A program made the position numbers and the translations under genes. From the NCBI GenBank assembly GCA_045544615.1, contig JAZPZI010000039.1:29046-93045 (forward strand): DNA of 64,000 nt, in the 5' to 3' direction. The notes under the pieces were generated by a model, which had not been told where the DNA came from, did no database searches, and saw nothing but the letters and a program-made list of their open reading frames with translations. Below, in pieces: positions 20,858-31,109 of the stretch. Every line of letters starts with the position of its first letter. Within the stretch, counting starts at the first letter, position 1. Source of the stretch: Clostridia bacterium. Lineage in GTDB: Bacteria > Bacillota > Clostridia > UBA1381.

Positions 20858-21820
20858 ATGAAGCGGTTTTTGGTTTTTGTGTTGATAATTTTTGTTGTGA
20901 TTATGATTTTGCCGGCGGTGGTGTTCTTAGTGCCCGACAAAGCCGAAGAAGCACCCATTCCTGATAGCGAGCAGGCTTCGAGTGTTGACAAAATCAGCGT
21001 ATATATAAAGGAAGAGGACAGGGTAGAGGAGATGGATACCATGCAGTACCTAAAAGAGGTGGTCGCCGCCGAAATGCCTGTCGATTTCCACGATGAAGCT
21101 CTAAAAGCCCAGGCGGTTGCTGCCCGTACATATATGGTAAACAGAAGAAATAACGGAGGAACAGATCTGCATAAGGGTGCGGTAATATGTACCGACTCAA
21201 CGCACTGCAAAGCCTGGATAAGCGAGGAAAAGCGAAAGGAGCTCTGGGCAGATGCAAGCGACGAAAAATGGGAGAAGATTTCCCGTGCTGTTGAGGAAAC
21301 CGACGGCGTGATTATAACATACGAAAAGGAGCCGATAAGTGCGGTATTTCACTCAACCTCGTCGGGGATGACCGAAAATGCCGAGGATGTCTGGGGTGGA
21401 AGTGTTCCGTATCTTGTAAGTGTCGAAAGCCCAGGCGATGCCGAGTCGCCAAAGTTCAGCTCGGATGCGAGGTTTTCAGTTTCTGAGTTCAGAACCATAG
21501 CCGAGAAAAATATTTCAGGCATCGACTGGGGAAATGGCAACTTTTCCGAGATTTTAAGAAGTAATGCAGGCGGAATAAGATCGCTCAAGATCGGCGGTGT
21601 CGCAATCGGTGGCACAACCTTTCGTTCTATCTTCGGGCTTCGTTCGACAAATGTGGAACTGACCGAAAAGGACGGCGAGATTGTGATGTCTGCTAAAGGC
21701 TACGGCCACGGTGTCGGAATGAGTCAGTACGGTGCAAACTACCTTGCCAATGCAGGGAAGAGCTATGAGGAGATACTAAAAACCTACTACACAGGTGTTG
21801 AGGTGGGTAGGGTTTATTAG
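20858..21820 (+). CDS. spoIID: Stage II sporulation protein D (SpoIID/LytB-domain lytic transglycosylase)
   Basis: N-terminal TM segment, VVAAEMP..EALKAQAVAARTY and GHGVGMSQYGA motifs. ATG at 20858 follows GGAGG; the longer ORF-track start overlaps the MATE gene and the terminator. Confidence 0.85.
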   Translation: MKRFLVFVLIIFVVIMILPAVVFLVPDKAEEAPIPDSEQASSVDKISVYIKEEDRVEEMDTMQYLKEVVAAEMPVDFHDEALKAQAVAARTYMVNRRNNGGTDLHKGAVICTDSTHCKAWISEEKRKELWADASDEKWEKISRAVEETDGVIITYEKEPISAVFHSTSSGMTENAEDVWGGSVPYLVSVESPGDAESPKFSSDARFSVSEFRTIAEKNISGIDWGNGNFSEILRSNAGGIRSLKIGGVAIGGTTFRSIFGLRSTNVELTEKDGEIVMSAKGYGHGVGMSQYGANYLANAGKSYEEILKTYYTGVEVGRVY

Positions 21821-21920
21821 AATTTGCTCGAATTTAATAAAATGTTGTCGGTTTTTGGTGAAAAAAACAATAAACAAAATCAAAACCGAGTTAAATTTGT
21901 GAAATATATATAATTTTTCC

Positions 21921-21949
21921 TTGACAAGGAGATTTTGGTGTGTTATAAT
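21921..21949 (+). promoter_or_regulatory. Near-consensus sigma-A promoter of sigH
   Basis: TTGACA (21921-21926), 17 nt spacer, TGtTATAAT (TATAAT at 21944-21949). Confidence 0.7.
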
Positions 21950-21981
21950 ATTCGTAGCATTTTCAAAGGAGGATAATATTT

Positions 21982-22596
21982 ATGGCGAATATTACACCTC
22001 TTTGCGAGATGACCGATGAGGAAGTTGTGCTTCTTGCCCAGTCGGGTGATGAGGCGGCTTTAGAGCATATCATAGTACGTTATTCGGGGTTTGTGAACAG
22101 GCGGGCAAAGAAGTTTTTCTTGGTCGGCTCGGAGCACGATGACCTGATTCAGGAGGGTATGATAGGGCTTTATGAGGCAGTAAAAGCTTTCAGGGTTGGC
22201 ACTACCGCTTTTCGCACATTTGCCGGAATCTGTATCAGACGGCAGATGATAAGCGCAGTCAAGAAGGCGACAAGGGACAAGCATAAACCGCTTAATTTCT
22301 ATGTTTCCTTTGACAAGGAGGAGTTCTCGGGCGAGGGCGAATCCCGGATGCTTGTATCAAACCTCGAGAAAGCACCGCAGGACCCTGAGTCAATTGTAAT
22401 TGACAAGGAAAGCTTTGACGGGATTGAGAGCACAATCAACAAGACGTTGAGCAAACTCGAGCTTGAGGTTTTGATGCTCTATCTTGAAGGTTATTCTTAT
22501 CGGCAGATCGCAGAAAAAATCGGCAAACAAGTCAAGACAGTGGATAATGCAATATGCCGCATAAAAAGAAAGATTGAAAATGCACTAAGTAATTGA
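21982..22596 (+). CDS. sigH: RNA polymerase sporulation sigma factor SigH
   Basis: 204 aa. DLIQEGMIGLYEAVKAF and RRQMISAVKKATRDKHKPLNFYVSFD closely parallel Spo0H region 2. C-terminal HTH (SYRQIAEKIGKQVKTVDNA). Confidence 0.85.
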   Translation: MANITPLCEMTDEEVVLLAQSGDEAALEHIIVRYSGFVNRRAKKFFLVGSEHDDLIQEGMIGLYEAVKAFRVGTTAFRTFAGICIRRQMISAVKKATRDKHKPLNFYVSFDKEEFSGEGESRMLVSNLEKAPQDPESIVIDKESFDGIESTINKTLSKLELEVLMLYLEGYSYRQIAEKIGKQVKTVDNAICRIKRKIENALSN

Positions 22597-22703
22597 CACA
22601 TCTGTCAGAGTAGCTTAAATAAGTAAAGCGATGCAGTGCATTATGTGGGTGCAACTCCCATCTTGACAGGAATATTAAAAATTTTTAAGTGAGGGAATTT
22701 ATC

Positions 22704-22973
22704 ATGTACGAAGACAAAACTCTAATCTGTAAGGATTGCGGTCAGGAATTTATTTTTTCCGCAGGTGAACAGGAATTTTATGCGGAAAAAGGTTTCCAGA
22801 ACGAGCCTATCCGTTGTAAGGATTGCCGTATCGCAAGAAAGAACAGCATTAAGCAGGCTAAGGAAATGTATGAAATAGTTTGCGCTGATTGCGGTAAGGT
22901 GGACAAGGTTCCGTTTATGCCAAGAAACGACAAGCCTGTATACTGCAGCGAATGCTTTGAAAACCATAGATAA
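22704..22973 (+). CDS. Zinc-ribbon protein with duplicated CxxC...C modules (zf-trcl-like)
   Basis: CKDCGQEFIFSAGEQEFYAEKGF..RCKDCR and CADCGK..YCSECF. ATG at 22704 follows gaggg. Confidence 0.75.
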   Translation: MYEDKTLICKDCGQEFIFSAGEQEFYAEKGFQNEPIRCKDCRIARKNSIKQAKEMYEIVCADCGKVDKVPFMPRNDKPVYCSECFENHR

Positions 22974-23055
22974 GTCCCCAGACTTAAATTAGGTTAAATT
23001 TGAATTTTGTTTTATGAAAAAAGAGCCTGATATGGCGAGTGTTCTTAAGGACAGA

Positions 23056-23089
23056 AAAGTGCACAGTTTATTGCTGTGCACTTTTTTTA
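23056..23089. terminator. Bidirectional terminator shared by the zinc-ribbon gene and the convergent araC-type gene
   Basis: AAAAGTGCACAG-tttattg-CTGTGCACTTTT, with T/A runs on both sides. Confidence 0.7.
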
Positions 23090-23850
23090 TATTCCGACGG
23101 CGAAACCCCCGTTGCTTTTTTAAATTCTCTGCTGAAATGAGACATTTCGTCATATCCGGCCTGATTAGCTGCTTCTGTTACCGAATACATTTTTGACTCC
23201 AGAAGCTCTTTCGCCATTGTAATTTTAAGATTGTTTATGTATCTGACTGGCGAAACTCCGTAAAAGCCTTTGAAAATTTTTCTGAAATATTCGGATGTAA
23301 TATTGCACATTTCCGAAAGTGCCTCAATGCTTATGGTATCTTTGGTATAATTTTCATGAATATAATCAACTCCAGGTTTTATTAAATCAAGTTTTTTCGC
23401 AGGCAGATACTCCGAAAAATATTCTTGTTGCATAGCATAAATAATGTTATACAGTTCTGCTTTGCATTTCAAAATGTATCCGTTTTTCTTGTGTTTCCAG
23501 ATTTTACTTGCAGTACGGAAAGACTCAGTTATTTCACTATGATTCTTAGCCTTTACGACAAAAGGTTCAAATGCCGTATCTTCATCAATATCAAAATTTA
23601 TTGCATAGCAGTCACCGATTGATTTTGCAGCAACTGTGTAATTGGAATTCTTTGGAAGATAAATAATATCATTTTCCTTTACAGTAAGCATTTTCCCGTC
23701 TGAAAAAATATATATCTTTTCTCCGCCCTTATGAATTGCGAGTCCGTGACTTGGTCTGTTTTTATGTATGGCATCGCCCGTTCCGGCAGCTACAAATATT
23801 GCAAGAACAATCTTATTTATATTAAAATTATAATTCATAAATTCTTTCAT
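23068..23850 (-). CDS. AraC family transcriptional regulator (cupin-like sensor plus HTH_18)
   Basis: C-terminal SIEALSEMCNITSEYFRKIFK..SPVRYINNLKI..AGYDEMSHFSREFKK. Start taken at MKEF (23850), which follows gaggtgg. Confidence 0.85.
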   Translation of the reverse strand: MKEFMNYNFNINKIVLAIFVAAGTGDAIHKNRPSHGLAIHKGGEKIYIFSDGKMLTVKENDIIYLPKNSNYTVAAKSIGDCYAINFDIDEDTAFEPFVVKAKNHSEITESFRTASKIWKHKKNGYILKCKAELYNIIYAMQQEYFSEYLPAKKLDLIKPGVDYIHENYTKDTISIEALSEMCNITSEYFRKIFKGFYGVSPVRYINNLKITMAKELLESKMYSVTEAANQAGYDEMSHFSREFKKATGVSPSEYKKSAQQ

Positions 23851-23972
23851 CAAACCACCTCGTATTATATTATACATTTTTGTTTTGAAATGGTCAAGTA
23901 TTTTCGAATTGTTCATTTACAAAAAACATAATCTATGCTACAAAATAAGTAAACTATTTAAGAGGTGATAGT

Positions 23973-26195
23973 ATGGAATACATCAAAAACAAAGACTACG
24001 ACTACATAATGAACAAATATCATGATGCATCACAGCCCTTTGACGGACATTCAAGATTCATCAGAAGAGACGAGATTTTTTTTGATGAAACAGGTATGGA
24101 CGGCGATAAAATCCGGGAAGAAATCGTCCGCCGCGACGAGGAAATAAAGCATCTGTCCCATCCGGTAAGAAAAGCAAAAGCTTTTGAATTTATTCTGGAA
24201 AACACAAGAATTTCCTGTGACAGCAGGGACATTTTTCCGGCAATCAATATGATTGACCGTCCACTCAACTCCACCATTGTAAAAAAATGGAGAGAAGAGG
24301 TTTTCATGGAAATTATTCCCGAAACCGAAAAGAAACGAGCATCTATGGAAAGAGCCGGAATTGTGACTATGTGGCCCGACTATGACCACAGCGTACCAGT
24401 TTGGGACAGAGTTTTCGGACTCGGTTTTTCAGGTCTGCTCCGTGAAAGTGAACTGATGCGTTTATCCAAAAATCTTACAGATGAAGAAAATGCATTTTTT
24501 GAAGGGATTAAAATTACATACACTGCGATTGTTAATTTTGTAGGAAGACTCTATGAGCTTGCCGCAAAAACTGTCGGTTCCGAAAAAATGGCAAAAGCAC
24601 TTAAAAACATAAAAAATAACCCACCTGCGACATTTTATGAAGCTCTTTTGGTTGACTATATTTATTTTATGCTCAGTGAGCATATTGAAGGTCTGCAGGT
24701 TCGCTCACTGTGTAATTTTGATAGAATATTTATTAAATATTACAAAAATGATTTGGCAAACGGAGTTGCCGAAGAAGAAATCCGCACCGACCTTGCATAC
24801 TTTTTTCTGCAGTTCACCGCTATTGGAAACTATTGGAACCAGCCTGTTTTCTTAGGTGGATGTAAAGAAGATAAAAGTACCGAAATAAACGAACTTTCAT
24901 ATCTGTTCCTGGATGTTTATGACAAAATGAAAATCTACAATCCTAAAATACAGATAAAGGTTGCAGACAGCACTCCGAAGGATTTTCTGCTCAAAGCCCT
25001 TGATATGATAAGACGCGGAAACAACTGTATTGTATTTGTTTCCGATGCGACCATAAGAAAGGCTCTTGTAAATGCAGGTGTTACAGAAGAACAAGCACGT
25101 CTTTGCGACATAACCGGTTGCTACGAATATTCGGTTCAGGGCAGTATGGATTGCGGAATGAATTATCTGAATCTTTTAAAGCCACTTGAATATGCACTTC
25201 ATAAGGGATGCGACGGAGTAACCGGAGAATTTGCACTGCTGAAAAGTCCCGAAGTTAATAGCTATGCTACATTTGATGAGTTTTATGAAGCATACAAAAA
25301 ACAACTGTGTGCAGTTATAGATGCCACCATTGAAACAGTTAATACATACGAAGATTATCTTGCTTATATAAATCCGCAGTCGATGCTTTCGGCGACATAC
25401 CCGTCCTGCCTTGAAAAAGCAAAGGACGCGCTTTGCGGTGGCGGAGTTACAAACGGTAATGTTATTTCATTCGGTTTCCTTGGAGATTTTGCTGATTCAA
25501 TGGCGATGATTAAAAAATATGTTTTTGACAGAAAAGAGTTTACTCTTGCAGAACTTGTAAAAATGCTCGATGCCAATTTCAAAGGCTACGAGCTTGTCCG
25601 CAGAAAACTGCTTGCCGACAGCGACAAATACGGCAACAACAAAGACCTGCCTGACAGTTTTGTAATAGATATTACTGATTTTCTTTCAAAATATGTTTGC
25701 AGCAGACCAAACGCAAAAAAACGCGGCGGTAAATGGACTGTCGGTTTCCATGTTGCCAGAATGTCATATGTTCAGGGCGAAAAAACAGCTGCTTCTCCCA
25801 ACGGCAGGCTTTTAGGTGAAGAGCTTTCCAAAAATGCTTCAGCTTCTATGGGACAAAATCGTGAAGGTGCAACAGCCGCAATTTTATCAGTGACCAAAAT
25901 TGATGCTACTGTGTTTACATGTGACGCGTCTCTTGATATGGGGCTTCTGCCGTCAGCTGTAAAAAGTAACGACGGTCTTGAAGCAATGTACGGACTTCTT
26001 AAAACATTTGTAAAACGTGGCGGTCACGCAATGCATATCAATGTTTTTGATGCCGATACACTCCGTGATGCACAAAAAAATCCTGAAAAATATCAGGATT
26101 TACAGATAAGAGTATGTGGCTGGAATGTACTCTGGAACAACATCAATAAGGTTGAGCAAGATGGATTTATCCGTCAGGCAGAAAGCCTGGTGTGA
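23973..26195 (+). CDS. Glycyl radical enzyme (PFL2/dehydratase-like clade), substrate unknown
   Basis: 740 aa. C-terminal glycyl radical motif QIRVCGWNVLW, and candidate thiyl-loop GCYE (ITGCYEYS) resembling the GCVE Cys/Glu loop of GRE 1,2-eliminases. The cognate activase lies immediately downstream. Confidence 0.88.
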   Translation: MEYIKNKDYDYIMNKYHDASQPFDGHSRFIRRDEIFFDETGMDGDKIREEIVRRDEEIKHLSHPVRKAKAFEFILENTRISCDSRDIFPAINMIDRPLNSTIVKKWREEVFMEIIPETEKKRASMERAGIVTMWPDYDHSVPVWDRVFGLGFSGLLRESELMRLSKNLTDEENAFFEGIKITYTAIVNFVGRLYELAAKTVGSEKMAKALKNIKNNPPATFYEALLVDYIYFMLSEHIEGLQVRSLCNFDRIFIKYYKNDLANGVAEEEIRTDLAYFFLQFTAIGNYWNQPVFLGGCKEDKSTEINELSYLFLDVYDKMKIYNPKIQIKVADSTPKDFLLKALDMIRRGNNCIVFVSDATIRKALVNAGVTEEQARLCDITGCYEYSVQGSMDCGMNYLNLLKPLEYALHKGCDGVTGEFALLKSPEVNSYATFDEFYEAYKKQLCAVIDATIETVNTYEDYLAYINPQSMLSATYPSCLEKAKDALCGGGVTNGNVISFGFLGDFADSMAMIKKYVFDRKEFTLAELVKMLDANFKGYELVRRKLLADSDKYGNNKDLPDSFVIDITDFLSKYVCSRPNAKKRGGKWTVGFHVARMSYVQGEKTAASPNGRLLGEELSKNASASMGQNREGATAAILSVTKIDATVFTCDASLDMGLLPSAVKSNDGLEAMYGLLKTFVKRGGHAMHINVFDADTLRDAQKNPEKYQDLQIRVCGWNVLWNNINKVEQDGFIRQAESLV

Positions 26196-26196
26196 T

Positions 26197-27078
26197 ATGA
26201 AAGCGAGAATAATTGAGATAAAGCGCTTTGCCGTGCACGACGGCGACGGAATAAGGACAACTGTGTTTTTCAAAGGCTGTCCGCTTAAATGCGTGTGGTG
26301 TCACAATCCCGAAGGTATAGACTTTAAACCGCAACTTGCATTGTATAAAAACAAATGCACCTTGTGCGGAAACTGTGTAAAAATGTGTCCGGTGAGTGCA
26401 CATATAATTTCAGAAACAGATCATAAACTTGAACGTGAAAAATGTGTGGCCTGCGGCAAATGCGAAGAGAATTGTTTTTATGATGCATTAAAGCTTTATG
26501 GCAGGGAAATGTCGGTTTCGGAACTTATGCCAATCCTTTTAGAGGACAGAGATTTTTACGAAAATTCAGGTGGCGGTGTTACCCTTTCGGGCGGAGAATG
26601 TCTGATGCAAGCAGAGTTTTGTGCAGAACTATTGAAAAAATTGAAAGAGAACAACATACATACAGCGGTGGATACTTGTGGTTTTGTTTCAAAAGAAGCA
26701 TTTGACAAAGTTATGCCGTACACCGATATTTTTCTCTACGATTTAAAAGCGTTCGATGAAGAAGTTCACATAAAATGCACAGGACAGTCAAACGAAGTTA
26801 TACTTGAAAATTTAAAGTATTTAGATAGCTGTGGAAAGAATATTGAAATCAGGATTCCTTACGTTCCTGAGTTCAATCATGACCAGATTGAAAAAATAGC
26901 AGAATTTTTAAAAGAACGTAAAAACATAACAAAAGTAAAAGTATTGCCATATCATGACTATGCAGGCTCAAAATATGCGGCACTGAATATGCAAAACACA
27001 TTACCGAAAATACTTCCGATGCATAATGAAATTACAACGGCTGAAGCTTATGTTAGGGAGCAAGGCTTGACAATATGA
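26197..27078 (+). CDS. Glycyl-radical enzyme activating protein (radical SAM with two auxiliary ferredoxin-type clusters)
   Basis: CPLKCVWCHNPE radical-SAM cluster motif plus CTLCGNCVKMCP and CVACGKCEENC. The ATG lies 1 nt after the GRE stop. Confidence 0.92.
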   Translation: MKARIIEIKRFAVHDGDGIRTTVFFKGCPLKCVWCHNPEGIDFKPQLALYKNKCTLCGNCVKMCPVSAHIISETDHKLEREKCVACGKCEENCFYDALKLYGREMSVSELMPILLEDRDFYENSGGGVTLSGGECLMQAEFCAELLKKLKENNIHTAVDTCGFVSKEAFDKVMPYTDIFLYDLKAFDEEVHIKCTGQSNEVILENLKYLDSCGKNIEIRIPYVPEFNHDQIEKIAEFLKERKNITKVKVLPYHDYAGSKYAALNMQNTLPKILPMHNEITTAEAYVREQGLTI

Positions 27079-27103
27079 TTTTGTCCGGTACTGTAACGAG
27101 CAG

Positions 27104-27132
27104 GGAAGATGTGTACCATCTTCCAAATTTTT
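27104..27132 (+). terminator. Terminator after the activase gene
   Basis: GGAAGATG-tgtac-CATCTTCC followed by aaattttt. Confidence 0.5.
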
Positions 27133-27186
27133 AGGATATCCTAAGACCTTTATAAAAACGGTCGATTCGTGAATCGCCTCTACGAC

Positions 27187-27220
27187 AAAAGGCTGAACGA
27201 TTGATTTCGTTCAGCCTTTT
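27187..27220. terminator. Bidirectional terminator downstream of clpC
   Basis: AAAAGGCTGAACGA-ttgatt-TCGTTCAGCCTTTT. Confidence 0.7.
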
Positions 27221-27264
27221 AAATTACTATCCTTAAGAACATTTCGCATACAGGCTCTTTTTTA

Positions 27265-29703
27265 TTACTTCACTCCGAACTTTCCGTCTGCTACTGTCAC
27301 CTCTGCAGTGTCGCCAGATTTTAGCTTTCCGTCGATAATCTGCTCGGAGAGCATATCCTCAATGTCGTTCTGGATTGCACGGCGAAGCGGTCTTGCGCCG
27401 TATATCGGGTCAAAGCCGTTTTTGGCAATCTGTGCAATCGCATCGTCGGAGAAGCTGACCTTAATGCCATTTGCCATAAGTCGTGCGGCGAGGTTATCAA
27501 GCATGAGTGATGCTATTTTTTTGATGTCGTCCTCGGTGAGTCGCTTAAATACGATTATATCGTCAATTCTGTTCAAAAACTCGGGCTTGAAGGTACGCTT
27601 TACCTCGTCCATAACCTTTGCTTTGATATCGCTGTTTTCTGCATCGGCACTCTGTGTTTGTGATGCAAAACCAAGCTTTGATGCGGTATTCAGGATATTC
27701 TTTGCACCAAGGTTTGATGTCATAATAATGACTGTGTTACGAAAATCTACCTTTCTGCCCTGTGCATCGGTGAGGATGCCGTCATCTAAAATCTGGAGCA
27801 TGATATTAAAGACATCGGGGTGTGCCTTTTCGATTTCGTCAAAGAGTATCACCGAATATGGGTGCTTGCGGATTTTTTCGGTGAGCTGTCCGCCTTCTTC
27901 GAATCCGACATATCCCGGAGGTGAGCCGATAAACTTCGATACCGAGTGCTTTTCCATATATTCCGACATATCGACTCTTATCATAGCATCCTCGGTTGCA
28001 AACATTGTATCGGCAAGTGCCTTTGAAAGCTCGGTTTTTCCGACACCGGTCGGGCCTAAAAAGAGGAATGAGCCGATAGGACGCTTCGGGTCCTTGAGCC
28101 CTGCTCTGCCACGCCTGATTGCCTTTGCAACGGCAGATACCGCCTCGTCCTGGCCGATTACACGCTTATGCAGAGTCGCCTCGAGATTCATCAGGCGTTC
28201 GCTTTCTTCTTCGGCAAGCTTTTTGACCGGGATATTGGTCCAGCTTGAGATTATATCGCCGATATCCTCGGCAGTAACGGTCAGCTCGTTTGATGTCGAG
28301 CATTCCTTCCAGCTTTCCTTTTCCTTCTTGACTGCCTCGAGAAGCTCACGCTCTCTATCACGCAAAACTGCCGCTTTCTCGAAGTCCTGTGCGGTTATTG
28401 CTTCCTGCTTTTCTTTCTGAATTTGTTCAAGCTCTGCCTCGAGAGTTTTGAGGTTGTCGGGCTCTGTGAGTGTTGTGAGTTTCTTTTTTGATGCCGCCTC
28501 GTCAATCAAATCTATTGCTTTATCGGGCAGGAATCTGTCGGTGATGTAGCGAGATGAAAGCTTTGCTGCGGCATCTAATGCCTCGTCTGTAATCTTGACA
28601 CTGTGGTGAGCTTCATATTTGTCACGGATTCCTGCAAGGATTTCGCAGGTTTCTTCGATGCTCGGCTCGCCAACCATAACAGGCTGGAAACGGCGCTCGA
28701 GTGCAGCGTCCTTTTCGATGTATTTCTTGTATTCATTGAGTGTTGTTGCACCTATTAACTGTAATTCGCCTCTGGCAAGCGATGGTTTTAAGATGTTTGA
28801 TGCATCGATTGCGCCCTCTGCCGAGCCTGCCCCGACTATGGTGTGGATTTCGTCGATAAAGAGGATTACATCGCCTGCCGCCATTACTTCCTCTACCGCC
28901 TTTTTCAGACGCTCTTCAAATTCGCCACGGTATTTTGCACCTGCGACCATAGAAGACAGATCGACTGTGACGAGCCTTTTGTTTTTGAGACTCTCGGGAA
29001 CATCACCCGATGCAATTTTCTGTGCAAGACCTTCGACTGCGGCGGTCTTTCCGACACCCGGTTCACCGATCAGACAAGGGTTGTTCTTTGTACGCCTTGA
29101 GAGAATCTGAATAATTCGCTCGATTTCTTTATCTCTGCCGATAACCGGGTCGAACTTGCCGTCACGGGCAAGCTCGGTCAGGTCTCTGCCGAACTGGTTA
29201 AGGGTTGGAGTGGTCTTGTTTGTGCTTTTTGAGGTTTTCTGCGAAACTGAATTCGGCGAGAAGGACTCGTTATCGATTGAGTTCAGAGTGTTTCGGTAAA
29301 AGTCGCCGAGATTCAGACCTGATGCGATAAGAATCTGTGCCGCAACACCGTCACCGTCACGGATAATCGCCATTAAGATGTGCTCTGTGCCGATATAGTT
29401 ATGGCCGAGTCGTCTTGCCTCCATTGCGGCAAGCTCAAGGATACGCTTGCTTCTTGGAGTAAGGGAAAGCTCGGTGTTTAAGGCAAGCTTTTCGCCTGTT
29501 CCGGTAATTTCCCTGATTTTATCTTCGACCTTTTCTGCGGTCACTCCGGCACCCGAGAGTGCCTTTGCGGCAACGCCGCTGCCTTCTTTTATTAAGCCCA
29601 AAAGCAGATGCTCGCTTCCGACATAGCCGTGGCCCAACTCGCATGCGGCATCGTGTGCTTTTTTGATGGCATCTCTTGATTTTTCTGTAAAGTTGGAAAA
29701 CAT
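27265..29703 (-). CDS. clpC: ATP-dependent Clp protease ATP-binding subunit ClpC
   Basis: 812 aa. Clp_N repeats, two Walker A sites ([16 protein letters not shown]) and a UVR-like linker. Last gene of the ctsR operon. Confidence 0.95.
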   Translation of the reverse strand: MFSNFTEKSRDAIKKAHDAACELGHGYVGSEHLLLGLIKEGSGVAAKALSGAGVTAEKVEDKIREITGTGEKLALNTELSLTPRSKRILELAAMEARRLGHNYIGTEHILMAIIRDGDGVAAQILIASGLNLGDFYRNTLNSIDNESFSPNSVSQKTSKSTNKTTPTLNQFGRDLTELARDGKFDPVIGRDKEIERIIQILSRRTKNNPCLIGEPGVGKTAAVEGLAQKIASGDVPESLKNKRLVTVDLSSMVAGAKYRGEFEERLKKAVEEVMAAGDVILFIDEIHTIVGAGSAEGAIDASNILKPSLARGELQLIGATTLNEYKKYIEKDAALERRFQPVMVGEPSIEETCEILAGIRDKYEAHHSVKITDEALDAAAKLSSRYITDRFLPDKAIDLIDEAASKKKLTTLTEPDNLKTLEAELEQIQKEKQEAITAQDFEKAAVLRDRERELLEAVKKEKESWKECSTSNELTVTAEDIGDIISSWTNIPVKKLAEEESERLMNLEATLHKRVIGQDEAVSAVAKAIRRGRAGLKDPKRPIGSFLFLGPTGVGKTELSKALADTMFATEDAMIRVDMSEYMEKHSVSKFIGSPPGYVGFEEGGQLTEKIRKHPYSVILFDEIEKAHPDVFNIMLQILDDGILTDAQGRKVDFRNTVIIMTSNLGAKNILNTASKLGFASQTQSADAENSDIKAKVMDEVKRTFKPEFLNRIDDIIVFKRLTEDDIKKIASLMLDNLAARLMANGIKVSFSDDAIAQIAKNGFDPIYGARPLRRAIQNDIEDMLSEQIIDGKLKSGDTAEVTVADGKFGVK

Positions 29704-29730
29704 AATATCCCATCCTTTCCTGGTCAGAAC

Positions 29731-30735
29731 TTATACACTTTGTCTTATAATCGCTGCTCGTTTTTTGTCGCGCTCATCGGGTGAGAGGATTTTTTCTTCA
29801 CCGATGTTTAAGGTGTATGGCTCTGTTTCTATTAAAAGTTTTAAGTGGTTTTTGCCCTCATTCTCGATTATACCCAGATTTTTTCCTAAAATTACATCCG
29901 AGATGAGTGATTTTGATTCTGCAGAAGAAAGTGAACGGGCGTATTTTAGTGTCCCGTATGAACGCCAGAGTCTGTCCTCAAGATAATCTTTCTTTTCAGC
30001 TAAAAGGCGTTTTATTGTACTTTCCTCGTGATTCTTTATCTGCATAACGATATTCTTAAGCTTTTCAATAAGCTCCTGCTCTGTCATACCTGTTGTTACC
30101 TGATTCGAAATCTGATAGAGTGCACCGTAAGCCTTTGAGCCTTCGCCATAAAGACCTCTGACAGCGATTCCGAGACTTGATGCAGAAGATATGATCTTTT
30201 CCATATTATTGGTCATTGTAAGAGCAGGGAGGTGCATCATAACCGAGGCACGTAGCCCTGTTCCGGTGTTTGTCGGACAGGCGGTGAGGTATCCGAGGTC
30301 TTTATGGAACGCAAACTCCATACTCTCCTCTAAAAGGTCGTCGACCTTGTTGGCAAGATCCCAAGCCTCATCGAGTGCCGGACCGCCCATTATAACCTGC
30401 AGTCTTATGTGGTCTTCTTCCATAAGCATTATGCTCATAGACTTATCTTCGCTCACGAGAACCGATGAGTTTTCACCAAGCTCCGGGCTTATGAGATGCT
30501 TTTCAATCAGCGAGCCCCGGTCAATTTCGTTTAGTGTCCCTATATGATATGTTGTAAAGTTATTTGCAAGAACGGAATTTCCGCCCGTGATGGCTGACGT
30601 TATCTCCTTTGTAGCCTGTTCCATCTGTGCCTTGGTCATGGCGTTAGGGAAGGGATACTTGCGGATGTTTCTTGCAAGCCTGATTCTTGTGCTGACAATT
30701 ATGTCGGTATTTTTGCCTTCTTCGTACCAAATCAT
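29731..30735 (-). CDS. mcsB: Protein arginine kinase McsB
   Basis: Guanido-kinase signature CPTNTGTGLRAS. Start at MIWYEE (30735) follows aggaggg. Confidence 0.93.
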   Translation of the reverse strand: MIWYEEGKNTDIIVSTRIRLARNIRKYPFPNAMTKAQMEQATKEITSAITGGNSVLANNFTTYHIGTLNEIDRGSLIEKHLISPELGENSSVLVSEDKSMSIMLMEEDHIRLQVIMGGPALDEAWDLANKVDDLLEESMEFAFHKDLGYLTACPTNTGTGLRASVMMHLPALTMTNNMEKIISSASSLGIAVRGLYGEGSKAYGALYQISNQVTTGMTEQELIEKLKNIVMQIKNHEESTIKRLLAEKKDYLEDRLWRSYGTLKYARSLSSAESKSLISDVILGKNLGIIENEGKNHLKLLIETEPYTLNIGEEKILSPDERDKKRAAIIRQSV

Positions 30736-30751
30736 TTTAGTGTCCCTCCTT

Positions 30752-31105
30752 TTATATGTCCCCAAGAGATTTGAGTTCTTTGTGAAGCTGTGCCGCCCTT
30801 TCGTAGTCCTCTTCGGCTACTGCCTTTGCAAGGTCTTTCTTGAGCTTTTCGTAGAGTCTTTTTCTCTTTAGCTCATCTGCCGAGCGGGACGGAATCTTGC
30901 CTGTGTGGACGGCAGTGCCGTGGAGTTGTTTGATGGTTGGTTCTAACGCCGAGAAGAATGTTTCATAACAGGTTGCGCAACCGAGCTTTCCTGTCTTTTT
31001 AAAGTCACGGTAGCTTCTTCCGCATTTAGGGCATACAGCTTCGTTTTCGGCTGATGCAAAAACATCAAAGCCGTTGAATAAAATTTCCGAAAATAAATCG
31101 TACAT
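30752..31105 (-). CDS. mcsA: McsA-like UvrB/UvrC-motif protein (activator of McsB), short form
   Basis: 117 aa. CPKCG..CATCY zinc finger and C-terminal UVR motif (EEDYERAAQLHKELKSL). Confidence 0.85.
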   Translation of the reverse strand: MYDLFSEILFNGFDVFASAENEAVCPKCGRSYRDFKKTGKLGCATCYETFFSALEPTIKQLHGTAVHTGKIPSRSADELKRKRLYEKLKKDLAKAVAEEDYERAAQLHKELKSLGDI

Positions 31106-31109
31106 AGTA

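Noticed and set aside
27308-28420. 370-aa plus-strand ORF, plus 28619-29110
   Set aside because: It lies entirely antisense within the strongly supported clpC gene. The translation is Ser/Phe/Ile-rich low complexity typical of a shadow frame, and there is no RBS.
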